From Eledone cirrhosa (lineage: Eukaryota), in NCBI GenBank assembly GCA_964016885.1, contig OZ024743.1, positions 262,012,001-262,076,000 of the forward strand: 64,000 nucleotides of DNA, given 5' to 3'. Shown here piece by piece: positions 1-13,399 of this stretch (the first letter of the stretch is position 1; the number at the start of each line of letters is the position of its first letter). The position numbers and the translations under genes were made by a program. The notes beneath the pieces were generated by a model that did no database searches, was not told the origin of the DNA, and saw only the letters and a list, made by a program, of their open reading frames with translations.

Positions 1-2970
1 ATATTGTATACATTGTAATATTGTAATATTGTATATATTGTAATATTGTATATATTGTAATATTGTAATATTGTATATATTGTAATATTGTAATATTGTA
101 TATATTGTAATATTGTATTATTGTAATATTGTAATATTGTATATATTGTAATATTGTATATATTGTAATATTGTAATATTGTATATATTGTAATATTGTT
201 ATATTGTAATATTGTATACATTGTAATATTGTATATATTGTATATATTGTAATATTGTATATATTGTAATATTGTAATATTGTATATATTGTAATATTGT
301 ATATATTGTAATATTGTAATATTGTATACATTGTAATATTGTAATATTGTATATATTGTAATATTGTAATATTGTATACATTGTAATATTGTAATATTGT
401 ATATATTGTAATATTGTATATATTGTAATATTGTATATATTGTAATATTGTAATATTGTATATATTGTATATATTGTAATATTGTAATATTGTAATATTG
501 TATACATTGTAATATTGTATATATTGTATATATTGTAATATTGTAATATTGTATATATTGTAATATTGTATATATTGTAATATTGTATATATTGTAATAT
601 TGTATACATTGTAATATTGTAATATTGTATATATTGTAATATTGTATATATTGTAATATTGTATATATTGTAATATTGTATATATTGTAATATTGTATAT
701 ATTGTAATATTGTATATATTGTAATATTGTAATATTGTATATATTGTAATATTGTATTATTGTAATATTGTAATATTGTATATATTGTAATATTGTATAT
801 ATTGTAATATTGTAATATTGTAATATTGTATATATTGTATATATTGTAATATTGTAATATTGTATACATTGTAATATTGTATATATTGTATATATTGTAA
901 TATTGTATATATTGTAATATTGTAATATTGTATATATTGTAATATTGTATATATTGTAATATTGTAATATTGTATACATTGTAATATTGTAATATTGTAT
1001 ATATTGTAATATTGTAATATTGTATACATTGTAATATTGTAATATTGTAATATTGTATATATTGTAATATTGTAATATTGTATATATTGTAATATTGTAT
1101 ATATTGTAATATTGTATATATTGTAATATTGTATATATTGTAATATTGTAATATTGTATATATTGTAATATTGTATATATTGTAATATTGTAATATTGTA
1201 TATATTGTATATATTGTAATATTGTAATATTGTAATATTGTATACATTGTAATATTGTATATATTGTAATATTGTATATATTGTATATATTGTAATATTG
1301 TAATATTGTAATATTGTATATATTGTAATATTGTATATATTGTATATATTGTAATATTGTAATATTGTAATATTGTATATATTGTAATATTGTAATATTG
1401 TAATATTGTAATATTGTATATATTGTAATATTGTAATATTGTAATATTGTATATATTGTAATATTGTAATATTGTAATATTGTATACATTGTAATATTGT
1501 AATATTGTAATATTGTATATATTGTAATATTGTAATATTGTATATATTGTAATATTGTAATATTGTATACATTGTAATATTGTAATATTGTAATATTGTA
1601 ATATTGTATATATTGTAATATTGTAATATTGTATATATTGTAATATTGTAATATTGTATATATTGTAATATTGTAATATTGTATACATTGTAATATTGTA
1701 ATATTGTATACATTGTAATATTGTAATATTGTAATATTGTATATATTGTAATATTGTATATATTGTAATATTGTAATATTGTATATATTGTAATATTGTA
1801 ATATTGTATACATTGTAATATTGTAATATTGTATACATTGTAATATTGTAATATTGTAATATTGTAATATTGTAATATTGTAATATATTATAATATTGTA
1901 ATATTGTATACATTGTAATATTGTAATATTGTAATATTGTATATATTGTAATATTGTAATATTGTAATATTGTAATATTGTATACATTGTAATATTGTAA
2001 TATTGTAATATTGTATATATTGTAATATTGTAATATTGTAATATTGTATATATTGTAATATTGTATACATTGTAATATTGTAATATTGTAATATTGTAAT
2101 ATTGTATATATTGTAATATTGTAATATTGTATATATTGTAATATTGTAATATTGTATACATTGTAATATTGTAATATTGTATACATTGTAATATTGTAAT
2201 ATTGTATACATTGTAATATTGTAATATTGTAATATTGTAATATTGTAATATTGTAATATATTATAATATTGTAATATTGTATACATTGTAATATTGTAAT
2301 ATTGTAATATTGTATATATTGTAATATTGTAATATTGTAATATTGTAATATTGTATACATTGTAATATTGTAATATTGTAATATTGTATATATTGTAATA
2401 TTGTAATATTGTAATATTGTATATATTGTAATATTGTATACATTGTAATATTGTAATATTGTAATATTGTAATATTGTATATATTGTAATATTGTAATAT
2501 TGTAATATTGTAATATTGTAATATTGTAATATTGTATACATTGTAATATTGTAATATTGTATACATTGTAATATTGTATATATTGTAATATTGTAATATT
2601 GTATATATTGTAATATTGTATATATTGTAATATTGTATATATTGTATATATTGTAATATTGTAATATTGTAAATATTGTAATATTGTAATATTGTATATA
2701 TTGTAATATTGTATACATTGTAATATTGTAATATTGTAATATTGTATATATTGTAATATTGTAATATTGTAATATTGTATATATTGTAATATTGTATACA
2801 TTGTAATATTGTAATATTGTAATATTGTATATATTGTAATATTGTAATATTGTAATATTGTATATATTGTAATATTGTAATATTGTAATATTGTTATATT
2901 GTAATATTGTATATATTGTAATATTGTAATATTGTTATATTGTATATATTGTAATATATTATAATACTGT
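1..2970. repeat. Satellite of irregularly ordered 8-9 bp units (ATTGTAAT / ATTGTATAT / ATTGTATAC); continues off the left edge
   Basis: Directly visible. Rare variant units at ~113, ~198, ~753, ~1885, ~2258. The minus-strand YTILQYYNI ORFs are translations of the repeat. Confidence 0.97.
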
Positions 2971-3099
2971 AATAAAGAAGCATAACAAATGCTGTAAATA
3001 ATCTCATCCAAAGCTCTAACAATTCTGGTAATTAACCACCTTTGACTGGTGGATTTTACTGATGTCCAAGGTCTTCTTGACAGCATTATAGGCCCTCAA

Positions 3100-3395
3100 G
3101 TAAAGCAATACACTGGAGACCCTATATACACATAAATCAACATTGGGACCCTTAGTCCTAGTGGGATCCTGTACAAAACAAAGGACTGGAGCCCTTACAT
3201 ACACATAAATTAGCACTGAGCCACTAGATGTAGTGGGTCCTTGTACAAAGCAAAGGACTGGTGCCCCTACATACACATACATTAGCATTGGGACTCCTAG
3301 ACTTTGTAGGTCCCTGTACAAAACAAAGGACTGGAGCCCTTATATACACATAGATTAGCACTGAACAATTAGACCACTGGAGACCCTACAGATAC
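3100..3395. repeat. Degenerate ~72-bp tandem repeat, 3-4 copies
   Basis: CAAAGGACTGG.GCCC.....ACACATA recurs at ~3179, ~3251 and ~3324. Confidence 0.7.
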
Positions 3396-3659
3396 AACCA
3401 CTACATAGAATAGTAGTGGGGCTCCTAAACGTGATAAACCCTTGGGAATCTGCCCAGTGTGCTCATATCTTAAGATGACCTTACTAATGCCAAAAGGATG
3501 AGAGGCCTAGATGACTTCTGTAAAATTTGAACTCAAAGCACAGAAAGCCAGAACAAGTAAAGCAATACATACAATTGTCCTGTTACTTCATACGTACTTG
3601 AACACTTGAGTTAATTTTTGTTGATATTATTAATTTATTTGATATATATATATTTTCAG

Positions 3660-3784
3660 ACTACGTCGGTTGTTCCAGTATATCTTATCTCAGATATGCA
3701 AAAGATAGATGGAGTTCATTTCAAATGACAGTTGGAAATTGTAAAAAATACTGTGGAAAGAAACAATTTACATTTGCTGCTCTT
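3660..3784 (+). CDS. Tandem WSC-domain protein, first visible exon (N-half of WSC domain 1)
   Basis: ttttcAG acceptor and GTgcgt donor, phase 1 to 0. Reads YVGCSSISYLRYAKDRWSSFQMTVGNCKKYCGKKQFTFAAL, matching the WSC pattern YxGC...MTxxxCxxxC...FA(G/A)L. No start codon here, so upstream exons probably lie outside the window. Confidence 0.85.
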
Positions 3785-3914
3785 GTGCGTAAACTTTATC
3801 TATCTTTTCATTTATATCAATCTGTATTTATCTACCTACTTCTTGTCTCCTTGAACTTTATATATATATATATACATGTATATATATACATATATATGCA
3901 CGTGCATGAGTTTA

Positions 3915-4165
3915 TCATCATCATCATCATCGATTAACGTCTATCTTCCACCCTAGCATGGGTTAGACGAGGAGTTTGTTCCATTTAGAGGCAAGTTGGA
4001 TTCAGGTGACCATGTTTCGCTCACATAGGAGTGTTTCTGGCTGGTTTTCTACGGCTGGATGCCCTTCCTAACGCCAACGACATTGACAGTGTGGACTGGG
4101 TGCTTTTTGTCATGACACCTACACAATCACTTTACTCTGTGGGCTGGATGTTTTGTGGTACCAGC
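3915..4165 (-). mobile_element. RTE-related SINE / non-autonomous fragment
   Basis: Reverse complement of the TTAGGAAGGGCATCCAGC core and ...GACGTTAA(TCG)ATGATGAT tail, next to (AT)n. Confidence 0.75.
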
Positions 4166-4170
4166 ATAAT

Positions 4171-4253
<83 letters not shown>

Positions 4254-4282
4254 CATACATATATATATATACATATATACAT

Positions 4283-4574
4283 ATTCAATTCTCAGACCGG
4301 GTGATGTGTTGTGTCCTTGAGCAAGACACTTTATTTCAAATTGGTCCAGTTTACTCAGCTGTAGAAATGAGATGATAGGGACTGGGGTCCCTATCATTCT
4401 ACTGCAAAGTGGTCGTGGAGGTGCCACAGCAAAAAAGCACCCACCACTCACTGTAAATGAGGTTAGTGTTAGGAAAGGCATCCAGCTGTAGAAATCAAGC
4501 CAGAATCAGTTCCCGTCCCACCCTTGCTAGCAGGGAAAAGCGGACGTAAAATGAAATGATGATGATGATGATGA

Positions 4575-4580
<6 letters not shown>
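4283..4580 (+). mobile_element. SINE whose tail matches the 3' end of the RTE at 33693-33755
   Basis: CCCGTCCCACCCTTGCTAGCAGGGAAAAGCGGACGTAAAATGA followed by (TGA)n; embedded in AT/AC microsatellite. Confidence 0.8.
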
Positions 4581-4617
<37 letters not shown>

Positions 4618-4636
4618 CATATATACATATATATAT

Positions 4637-4686
<50 letters not shown>

Positions 4687-4720
4687 AAATGTGTGTAATC
4701 GTTGGTACAGTTAGGTATAT

Positions 4721-5543
4721 TAAGACAGGGGGGAAGAAAAAATGGCTTCACTTGTGCTTTCAACAAATTTATTTTCTTCACAAAATCCAAAAAATTTTTC
4801 TTAAAAAAAATTATTTTATAAATTAAGTTGTTGGTTGTTGGTTAGGTCTTAGGAGTTCTTGGTTAACGTAGGAGGTATTGTTTCGTTTTTAGAAAGACCT
4901 TTCACGCTGAGGTGCGCTTGTCAAACTGATGTGTATGTGGTGTGTTGTTCTATATATAGGGATTTAACACGTCTGTGGTGTGGTAGAGGTTTCTTTTCTC
5001 CCCCTTTAATAAGTGCATGGGTGTAGGTGTGTTGAAAAAGTGTTCATAGCAGTAATGAGTTGAGACGGTGAGTAGGGTTGGGTGGGGAGAAACTTAGCAA
5101 GTGCGGCCTGCCCCGGTCATTCTCGAAAAATTCCTTTATTCAGGGGAAAAAGCTTTTAGCATCGCTTTTGTGTTGAGAATGGTCACAGGCAAATCGCACC
5201 TGTCAAGCTTGTGAATAATTATTTTTTTCTTTTTTTCCCTGAAGAATCTTTCTACGTCCATCCCACAGAAACCCCTACCACACCACAGACATGTTAAATC
5301 CCTATATATAGAACAACACACCACATACACATCAGTTTGACAAGCGCACCTCAGCGTGAAAGGTCTTTCTAAAAACGAAACAATACCTCCTACGTTAATC
5401 AAGAACTCCTAAGACCTAACCAACAACCAACAACTTAATTTATAAAATAATTTTTTTTAAGAAAAATTCTTTTGGGATTTTGTGAAGAAAATAAATTTGT
5501 TGAAAGCACAAGTGAAGCCATTTTTTCTCCCCCCCTGTCTTAA
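4721..5543. repeat. ~270-bp inverted duplication (4721-4994 vs 5267-5543) with a ~270-bp spacer, next to (TA)n; Penelope-like pseudo-LTR candidate
   Basis: Arms are near-perfect reverse complements, e.g. AATGGCTTCACTTGTGCTTTCAAC / GTTGAAAGCACAAGTGAAGCCATT. Confidence 0.85.
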
Positions 5544-6739
5544 TATATATATATATATATATATATATCATCAACCTCGTCGATTAGTGTCCACCATTCA
5601 TGGGTAGGATGGATTAACCCTTGTTTAGCTCACCCGGGACAGATTTTGGCTTGGTTTTTACAGCTGAGTGCTTTTCCTACTGCTAACCACATTTACAGTG
5701 TATGTTGGGTGCTTTTTGTCGTGTCACCTACACAACCACATTACAGTGTGAACTGGGCACTTTTTGTAATGACACCTACACGACCACTTTACTGTGTACA
5801 CTGGGAACCTTTGTCATGTCACTGACATGACCACTTTACAGTGGGGCCTGGGCGCTTTTGTCTTGGGACTAGGGAGGGGGGAGGAAGCTTGGAGAAAATG
5901 TGGACAGAGTAGTAGGGGAGGTATGGTTACCGCTAAGGGAGGTGAATGAGAGGAGATAGAAGGTTGAGGAAGGTGTTGCCTAGTGGTATTATCGTCCACC
6001 TTGTGGATATATATTCGCCATAGGTTTAATGTTATTTTACCATGTGCTTCTCAGCATGGTGGTTGCGTTGGACTTAGCTGTGATATTCCCAGGTATATTG
6101 ATTTATTTACCATCCTCATTCTATATTTCCCCATAGATAGAGAGACTAAACCTCTGAAGAGTAGCTGAGTCCTATGAGGTTTAATCATAATTGATAGTTC
6201 TTTCTTTCGATGATCGATTACATAGATCGATTTTTAGCCATACTCTCCAGGTATGAAATAACACCGAAAGGTTTCACTTACGATTCCATCTGTGTACATA
6301 TTCTTCGATTGAATATGTATTTGGTATATATACAACATACTGTGTTTCTCTTACGATATATGGCACTTTCTCTCTCTATATAAACATATATCTTTTAATT
6401 TGGTTATATATATATATCTCATCATCATCATCATCACCGTCTTACATCCATTCTTCCATGTTAGCATGGGTTAGACGGGTTGTCCTGTTGTGGGCAATGC
6501 CAGGTCAGGTGACCATGCCTTGCTCATACCAAACTGATTCTGGCTTGATTTCTACAGCTGGATGCCCTTCCTAACACCAACCTCATTTTCAGTGAGTGGT
6601 GGGTGCTTTTTTACTGTGGTACCTACATGACATATATATATATATATATGTATATATACACATATGTATATATACACATATACATGCATATATATATATA
6701 TATATATATAGTTGTGTTGAAGAGTGTTGTAGAGTGTTA

Positions 6740-6811
<72 letters not shown>

Positions 6812-6942
6812 GTGAGGTTTTTTTTACAAAATGAAAAATAACCGAGGTGTCCTACACGAGTGAAAGTATAAAGAAGAAGAGATGAAATCGAAAATGCAAC
6901 TGAAGTCTTATTTTTCTAAAAAATATATATATTTATTTGGTT

Positions 6943-6980
6943 CCTTTACCGGTTTCGCAGTTCTTCTGCTTTTCAAAAGG
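6943..6980 (-). ncRNA. Degenerate minimal hammerhead ribozyme motif
   Basis: Minus strand: cctt-TTGAAAA-GCAG(aagaa)CTGC-GAAA-CCGG-TA-aagg. All three stems are present, but the CUGANGA core has two substitutions. Confidence 0.5.
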
Positions 6981-8700
6981 TGAGTTGAGATGGAGTGTCT
7001 GTGGTTTTTCTCACATCTGTTGTAGAGTGTTAGTGTATAAAATATTATACACATATATATATATCCAGTTGACTTAAGAAGCATTGGACAATTTTGAAAA
7101 TTGAAATGTAATCGTCCCAATGCAGATGACTTTAATAATAATAATCAATCATGATAAATAATAGTTGGAATTACATAAACACACCTACCAAATATACTTG
7201 TATATAAGCTGAAAAATATGTGACAAAAAATCAATTGTAAAATGGGGGAGAGGATCAGCTTATGTTCAAGGTCAATATTTGGCTGATTTTCCCCAACTTA
7301 AAAATTCTATATAAATGAAGTGCTAGAATGTTTTTGATTTTGAGGTGAATATTATACCGGCTTCACTTTTGATGTGAAATTCATATTTCCTATATTCCTA
7401 TATTTTTAAAATATGTTTTAAACGAATATGGACTTCAAAATGGTCAGAAATTAATTAAAAAAATCATTATGTAATGGAGTTGTGAAACAAAAACTATACT
7501 CTGAATGACACTGAAACATTTTAAATATGAAAATATTAAAACTTCATAAATATATTTCAAAACTACACCATCTAAATATAATGTGTTGAATACTTGCCTT
7601 GGCTTATAAATTGGGTTAGGATTTTTTCTATTCAGACATAAAATTGGGTGTCAGTTTATATTCGAGTATATATGGTATGACTGTGGAATACTCAGCCACT
7701 TACACATTAATTTAACAATTTGGCTGTTTAATTGATCAAACAACTGGGGGCTCATAAAAAAAATTTATGAGGATTGATTATATCATTCATATACTCCACT
7801 TACAAAATGTCTCCTAGTTTACCTTAAACACCCTCCTATCTTAAAGAAAAAGGAATCTCCCTTTGGATAATATAACCCTAGGTATGATAGATTCTACAAT
7901 AAGCATTCAGTTTTTCAATCAACTGATATGTAAGTGGTATTAGTATACCACAGAAACATGTACTCTTAACATAATTATATGTTAACACAATATTGACATG
8001 ATCGGACCATTCAATTCAAAATACAATCCATCTATGGGCTTCTACACAATTTCTTTCTACCAGATTCCACTCAAAAGATTTGTGTCAACCCAACGCTATA
8101 ATAAATGACACCTGTCTAAGATGGCATGCAATAGGATCTAACCTGGGACCTCATGGTTGCAAAGCAAAATTCTTGACCATTCAGCCATGCCTGATCCTAT
8201 TATATGTTGAGGTGGCAAATAGGCAGAGTCATTAGAATGTTGGATAGAATGTTTTGTGGTATTTGTTTAAGATATCTGCCTTTCATCCTTTCACGGGGTC
8301 AATTCTTCCTCTGTATCTCTTTCTTACTTCCTCTCTATCACTCTATTTCTCCCTCTCTGGAAGAAATCGGCCATGTTCAGACCTGTAGAGGAGATAGGCT
8401 CCATCAAAACAAAATGCCAAAGAAATGCCATATATCACTACAGCACCCTATGACTCTACCAGGAGTTACAGGCCTATACATACAAACAGACCTGGAGAAT
8501 GGATGGGCTCCACTAGGTATAAAAGACAAAATACGCAAGAAATTCTATATGTCACTACACTGCCCCTACAACTCTATAAGGAGTTATGGGTTTAAAGAAG
8601 AAAAATATAACATCCTAGATAGACAAAAAAGTCTGCAGCAATTTTATTAATAAAACTGATTAGAAACTAAGCAACTACTTGTGTTCTCTTTTTTTCATAG

Positions 8701-8836
8701 AAAGCTGTGTATTGTTTCTGTTCAAATTGGACTCCATATAGAAAACTTCGCCCTGACACAAAGTGTGAGCTGCACTGTTCTGGAGACAAAAATCAAGTTT
8801 GTGGAGGGTACAGGACTGTATCTGTCTACCAAGCAG
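8701..8836 (+). CDS. WSC gene exon (C-half of WSC domain 1)
   Basis: tttttcatAG / GTgtgt, phase 0 to 1. Reads KAVYCFCSNWTPYRKLRPDTKCELHCSGDKNQVCGGYRTVSVYQA (CxC...CxxxCxGDxxQxCGG...SVY). Confidence 0.9.
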
Positions 8837-10189
8837 GTGTGTATGTTATATACATAGATGCATACATCCATACACTCCTCATCATCATCATTAAACATCC
8901 TGCTAGTAAAGGTTGGACAGGTCATCACAGACCTGTGTGTGTATTGAACCTCTGTTGGTTCTAACGATAGGTATTCCAGTTGACTCAATCAATGGAACAG
9001 CCTGCTTGTGAAATTAACGTCCAAGTGGCTGAGCATTCCACAAATATTTGTAACCTTAAGGGTGAGATAAGGCTCGCCCTTTGAATTACATGTACAACTC
9101 ATTTTTTCCATCTGAGTGACTGGAGAAATATGACATAAATTGCCATGCTCAATGTGGACACAATGTGCTGCTGGGAATTGAATGCACAACTGGGAGCTGA
9201 ATACCCTAACCACTAAGCCATATACCTTCACTACTGAGGGATAGATTCAATCATTTGTATTACTCCATTCTTCTAAATTTATCTCTTTGTGTTAATTTAA
9301 GAATTCAATATTCTGTGTCAAAATCCAATCAAGATCAATTACCTGTCATATTTCTTGGGTTGATGAAATAAACTACCAGTCAAATACTGGTTTGAATATA
9401 ATTGACTAGATTCACCCCCAGCCCCACAAATATGGACCCCTTAAATCCCTTAGTGCACTGTAAGTTCATAGTAGTAAGGGTGATGGTTGAGGGTAGGGTA
9501 ACTCCTGTCTTGGTAACTAATATTTAGTTGTATGCCATGATGTAATTAATCTACCTACCATGAGGTGTTTAACTGCATGCCATAATGTGTTTAGAGTTAC
9601 ATGTCATGATGTGTGTAGTTGTATACCTTCACATGTTTGGTTGCATAGTTGCATACCTTTATGTTCTGGGTGAGGTTAACCTTAATTTTTATCTTTCAGG
9701 GAGTCATCAAAATAAAATACAAGTACTGGGAGAGGGGGGTGACCTTAATTGATGGTACCCTCCTTCTTTCCTCACCCCCCAAAAAGTGTGTAATCATGTG
9801 CCTATACATAACAAGCGTTTTAAAGGTCATTTTCCCTCTTAAATGAGGGGTTAATCATGCAGGCCCCATAAAAGGTTTCATACATATCATACGAGTCCTT
9901 TTGAAGCAATATTTTATAGCCTGATGCCCTTCCTATCATCAGTTCTTTTAACCTCATCTTACAACATGTAGGGATATGGTGGGCTTAAACCAGATACACA
10001 TAGCATACTATCAATTCCATTCCATTCAGCCATTGTCAATTCACTAATGGATGAAACCTCAGCATGTACTTGCTTGCTTTTCTCTGCTGGCTTGTAGGCC
10101 TACCTGTCCATGCCAATTGTGTGTTGGACAGAGTAGCCCAATAGTTGGGTAATTAACAATGACTATTAGCCCTAAAATAAAGTAGTCGG

Positions 10190-11300
10190 CACCAGAGGTA
10201 GTCACAGTTCTGGGACAGCATTCCTCACCATATGAGATGTCATCTGGTGTACCACAGGGATCTATTCTTGGCCCCCTTTTGTTTGTGGCATATATTAATG
10301 ACATAGATGCCAACTTAAAGAATGCCACAGTACTAAAGTATGCAGATGACATCAAGCTGTACCTTGAGATAAAAAGGACAGATCCTGAACACTATAGATC
10401 TTGCTTGCAGTCTGACCTGGACACAATGCAACAATGGATCTCAGACTGGCAACTCAAGCTAGCTGTGGACAAGTGCACCACCATGCATTTTGGGAGTAAA
10501 AACCCAGCGTCCACATACCCTCTCCACAGCACTAATATCAAGAAGTCTTCTTGTGAACGTGACCTGGGCATTACGGTCAGCAGCGATTTGCGTTGGACGA
10601 AGCATGTCTCTAAAATTATCAAGAGGGCCGAGGGTGTCTTAGCCTCACTCAGCAAGACCTTTGTCAGCCGCTTTCCAGCTATCTATTTAAGGCTGTACAT
10701 GGATATGGTGTGGCCACACTTAGAATTTGCATCACCAGTCTGGAACCCCTATCTTGCTCAGAACATTGACCGCCTGGAAACTGTTCAAAGACGTGCAACC
10801 AAGCGAATACCCTCCATCAGGCATCTACCATACTCTGAGCGCCTTGCTTCTCTGGGCATGGATACATTGAAGCTCCGACGCCTGGCAACTGACTTAGTAA
10901 ACACCCACAAAATTGTTAACCATGTTGCCAACAACAACTCTGAGTACCTTTTTGATTTCCATGTATCTAACACACGTGGGCATGCCCACAAAGTCAGAAA
11001 ACAGTACAGTTCCCATGACTTTCGGAAACATTTTTTCACGCTCAGAGTTGCTGAAGCATGGAACAAACTACCTGCATCGGTTGTTAGCTGTCGAGACACT
11101 GCATCCTTTAAGGCCTCCATGCTTCCCGAGATTCGCCAACACTACGCCTAATGTTCCCCCTCCATACACATACACACATGTATATCATGACTCATACTAT
11201 TCACTTCCCTGACATTTGTGTATTATTCTATGTACTATACGTGCACCTTTGACAAGTTGTAGTGCACCTGAGCACTTTACACAATAATTTCATTATATTA
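10190..11300 (+). mobile_element. 5'-truncated CR1-like LINE (RT C-terminal half; ORF 10237-11151)
   Basis: GVPQGSILGP, YADD, RDLG, HLEFASPVWNPY and TRGH...FFTLRVAEAWNKLP motifs; (ATT)n-type tail. Confidence 0.92.
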
Positions 11301-11478
11301 TATCATATCAATACAGCAAGTCATCTCATCTGAAGATTCTACCAATCTACCACCCTGGGTTGATACTTTATTTAGCTTATCGAGCCTGAAAGAATGAAAA
11401 GCAAAATTTAACTTTGGTAGGATTTGAAGTAAAAGTGCTGAGAGCCAGAACAAATACTACATACAATACATTCTATGT

Positions 11479-11791
11479 CAGAGGTTCTCAAAGTGGGCAC
11501 TACTGCCCCCACCCCCGGGAAAAGGCCCAGCAGGAACTGGAGCCTAAGGGGGCAGTAGAGATGATATAATAATATATCAAATTTCAAACAATACATATTA
11601 TATATAAATATAGTAAAATAAAAAATATATAATATTCATTTATTATATTATTTTTTATATATAAATTAACGATTTTATTTATTTATTATATATTACTTAC
11701 AATTTGTGTGTAGGCAGGTCTCTCTGGAAATAGGGTTGCGGGGTGCTGAGGGTATTATGTGGCCATGGGGAGGGGGGGTTGAGAATCTCTG
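11479..11791. mobile_element. hAT-type MITE with TIRs like those of the 57807-60267 element
   Basis: CAGAGGTTCTCAA ... TTGAGAATCTCTG; AT-rich interior; TSD degenerate. Confidence 0.75.
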
Positions 11792-11846
11792 CTCTACTGA
11801 CTCTGCCAATTAAAATATTTAAATTTCTTTCTTTTCCTCTTTTCAG

Positions 11847-11867
11847 TTACATTTGAAGCAAGTGACA
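11847..11867 (+). CDS. WSC gene 21-nt microexon (linker VTFEASD)
   Basis: Strong polypyrimidine tract ttctttcttttcctcttttcAG, donor GTGAGT, phase 1-1, in frame with no stop. Confidence 0.7.
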
Positions 11868-11964
11868 GTGAGTAGAGAATTTCTATATTTTTGGGAGATG
11901 TTTATATTTATATGATGATTTGTTATTTGAATGGAAGATAAAGATATGATTGAAATATTGTCTG

Positions 11965-12205
11965 AAACCATTCCTGCTTTTACTATACAAAACTGTTTTT
12001 TTTTTACATTACTTTGTATTTACTATTATATTTTCATGGTAAACACTATATCTCACATAATATCGAATCAACAACATTTTGATATTATTTGTTTTGAAAA
12101 CAATATCCTAACATAAGTATGAGCAGCCAGTTACGGCCAGTTTGAACAGAAAAGAGGTGAGAGTATTCTGGCCGGATATGGCCAGTTTAAATGCTAAAGG
12201 GTTAA
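11965..12205. mobile_element. Partial copy of the piggyBac-like MITE at 40334-40553
   Basis: Shared interior (GAACAGAAAAGAGGTGAGA, GGCCGGATATGGCC) and AATGCTAAAGGG-TTAA end. Confidence 0.7.
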
Positions 12206-12661
12206 ACCATTTATATTTATCTAAAACACATAATATTAGGAAAGTGAATAGTGTATGAGTCATGACACATGCACACATGTATATCATGACTCAAACACTG
12301 TTCACTTTCCTGACATTTGTACATTATTCTATGTACTGTACATGCACCTTTGATGAGTTGTAGTGCACCTGAGCACTGTACACAATAATTTCATTATTAT
12401 AATTATGTAAAAACCTTTGCTAGGTTATGTTTCAACTATCAGCTTAATAATGATGAAGTTATAATACTAAATCCTTCCAAATTCTTGATTATTTTCAATG
12501 TTATTTGAAAATAATAGACAGTGTTTATTATTAGAAATATGTTCAATTTAATGATGTGAGGTTTGCTTGTTTGATTTTTTTTTTCCTTTTTGTTTTGATT
12601 TTTTTTTTTTTGCTGTCTATATTTTAAAAAAATCATGCTTATTTTTTGTTTTATATTTCAG

Positions 12662-12685
12662 TGAAACCAGAATACACTCATGATC
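12662..12685 (+). CDS. WSC gene 24-nt microexon (linker MKPEYTHD)
   Basis: ttttttgttttatatttcAG acceptor, perfect GTAAGT donor, phase 1-1, in frame. Confidence 0.72.
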
Positions 12686-13140
12686 GTAAGTACAACCATA
12701 TATATTGATTATACATACCACTCTTGCAATAATATTGAAATTTTGAGATTAAATACAAAGTCAATAGGTGAATAATGTAGGAGTGGAAGATCTTTAATTT
12801 AGGGTGTGAAAAGTACTAAATTTACTACTGTTTAATTGTCATAAATCAATATTTTAGCCCAACATTTTAAAAGGGATCAATCTCTTCAAGAACATATTTA
12901 TAGAATATAGAAAACCTAAGGCAGAGATATAAATTTAACCCAAAGACCATATTTTTTTAAAAGGTATAATAAAAAGGTTAGAGGGAGTTTTTAAAATCCA
13001 CATTAAAATGAATAAGTACATGTATTTGTGCCAGGATGTGTTGAAAAAATATTGTAGAAGTTCTGTTTAGATATTTTTTAAAAATTGCATCCAACTACGC
13101 AGCACTCTGGGCAAGTGTTTGCCACAAGACTTATTTGTGC

Positions 13141-13378
13141 TAGTGTTGGTGATCACTGAGAATCAGTTGAGCTGACACCAGCCAGTTTGCTACTACACTT
13201 GTACCTGTGTCAGTGATCACTGAGAATCAGTTGAGCTGACACCAACCAGTTTGCTACTACACTTGTACCTGTGTCAGTGATCACTGAGGACCAGTTGAGC
13301 TGACATCAGTCAGTTTTCTACTAGACTTACCAGTGTCAGTGATAACCAAGGATCAGTTAAGCTGACACCAGCCAGTGA
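13141..13378. repeat. ~63-bp tandem repeat, ~4 copies, with palindromic TCAGTGATCACTGA
   Basis: Directly visible. Confidence 0.85.
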
Positions 13379-13399
13379 ATTCCCAGCATTCTGAACAGA

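Noticed and set aside
199-2718. Long minus-strand ORFs (YTILQYYNI repeats)
   Set aside because: They are a by-product of a satellite lacking stops on that strand; the 8/9-bp units shift frame continually.
5345-5395. Hammerhead in the 4721-5543 inverted repeat
   Set aside because: CGAAAC is present, but there is no CUGANGA core or matching stems.
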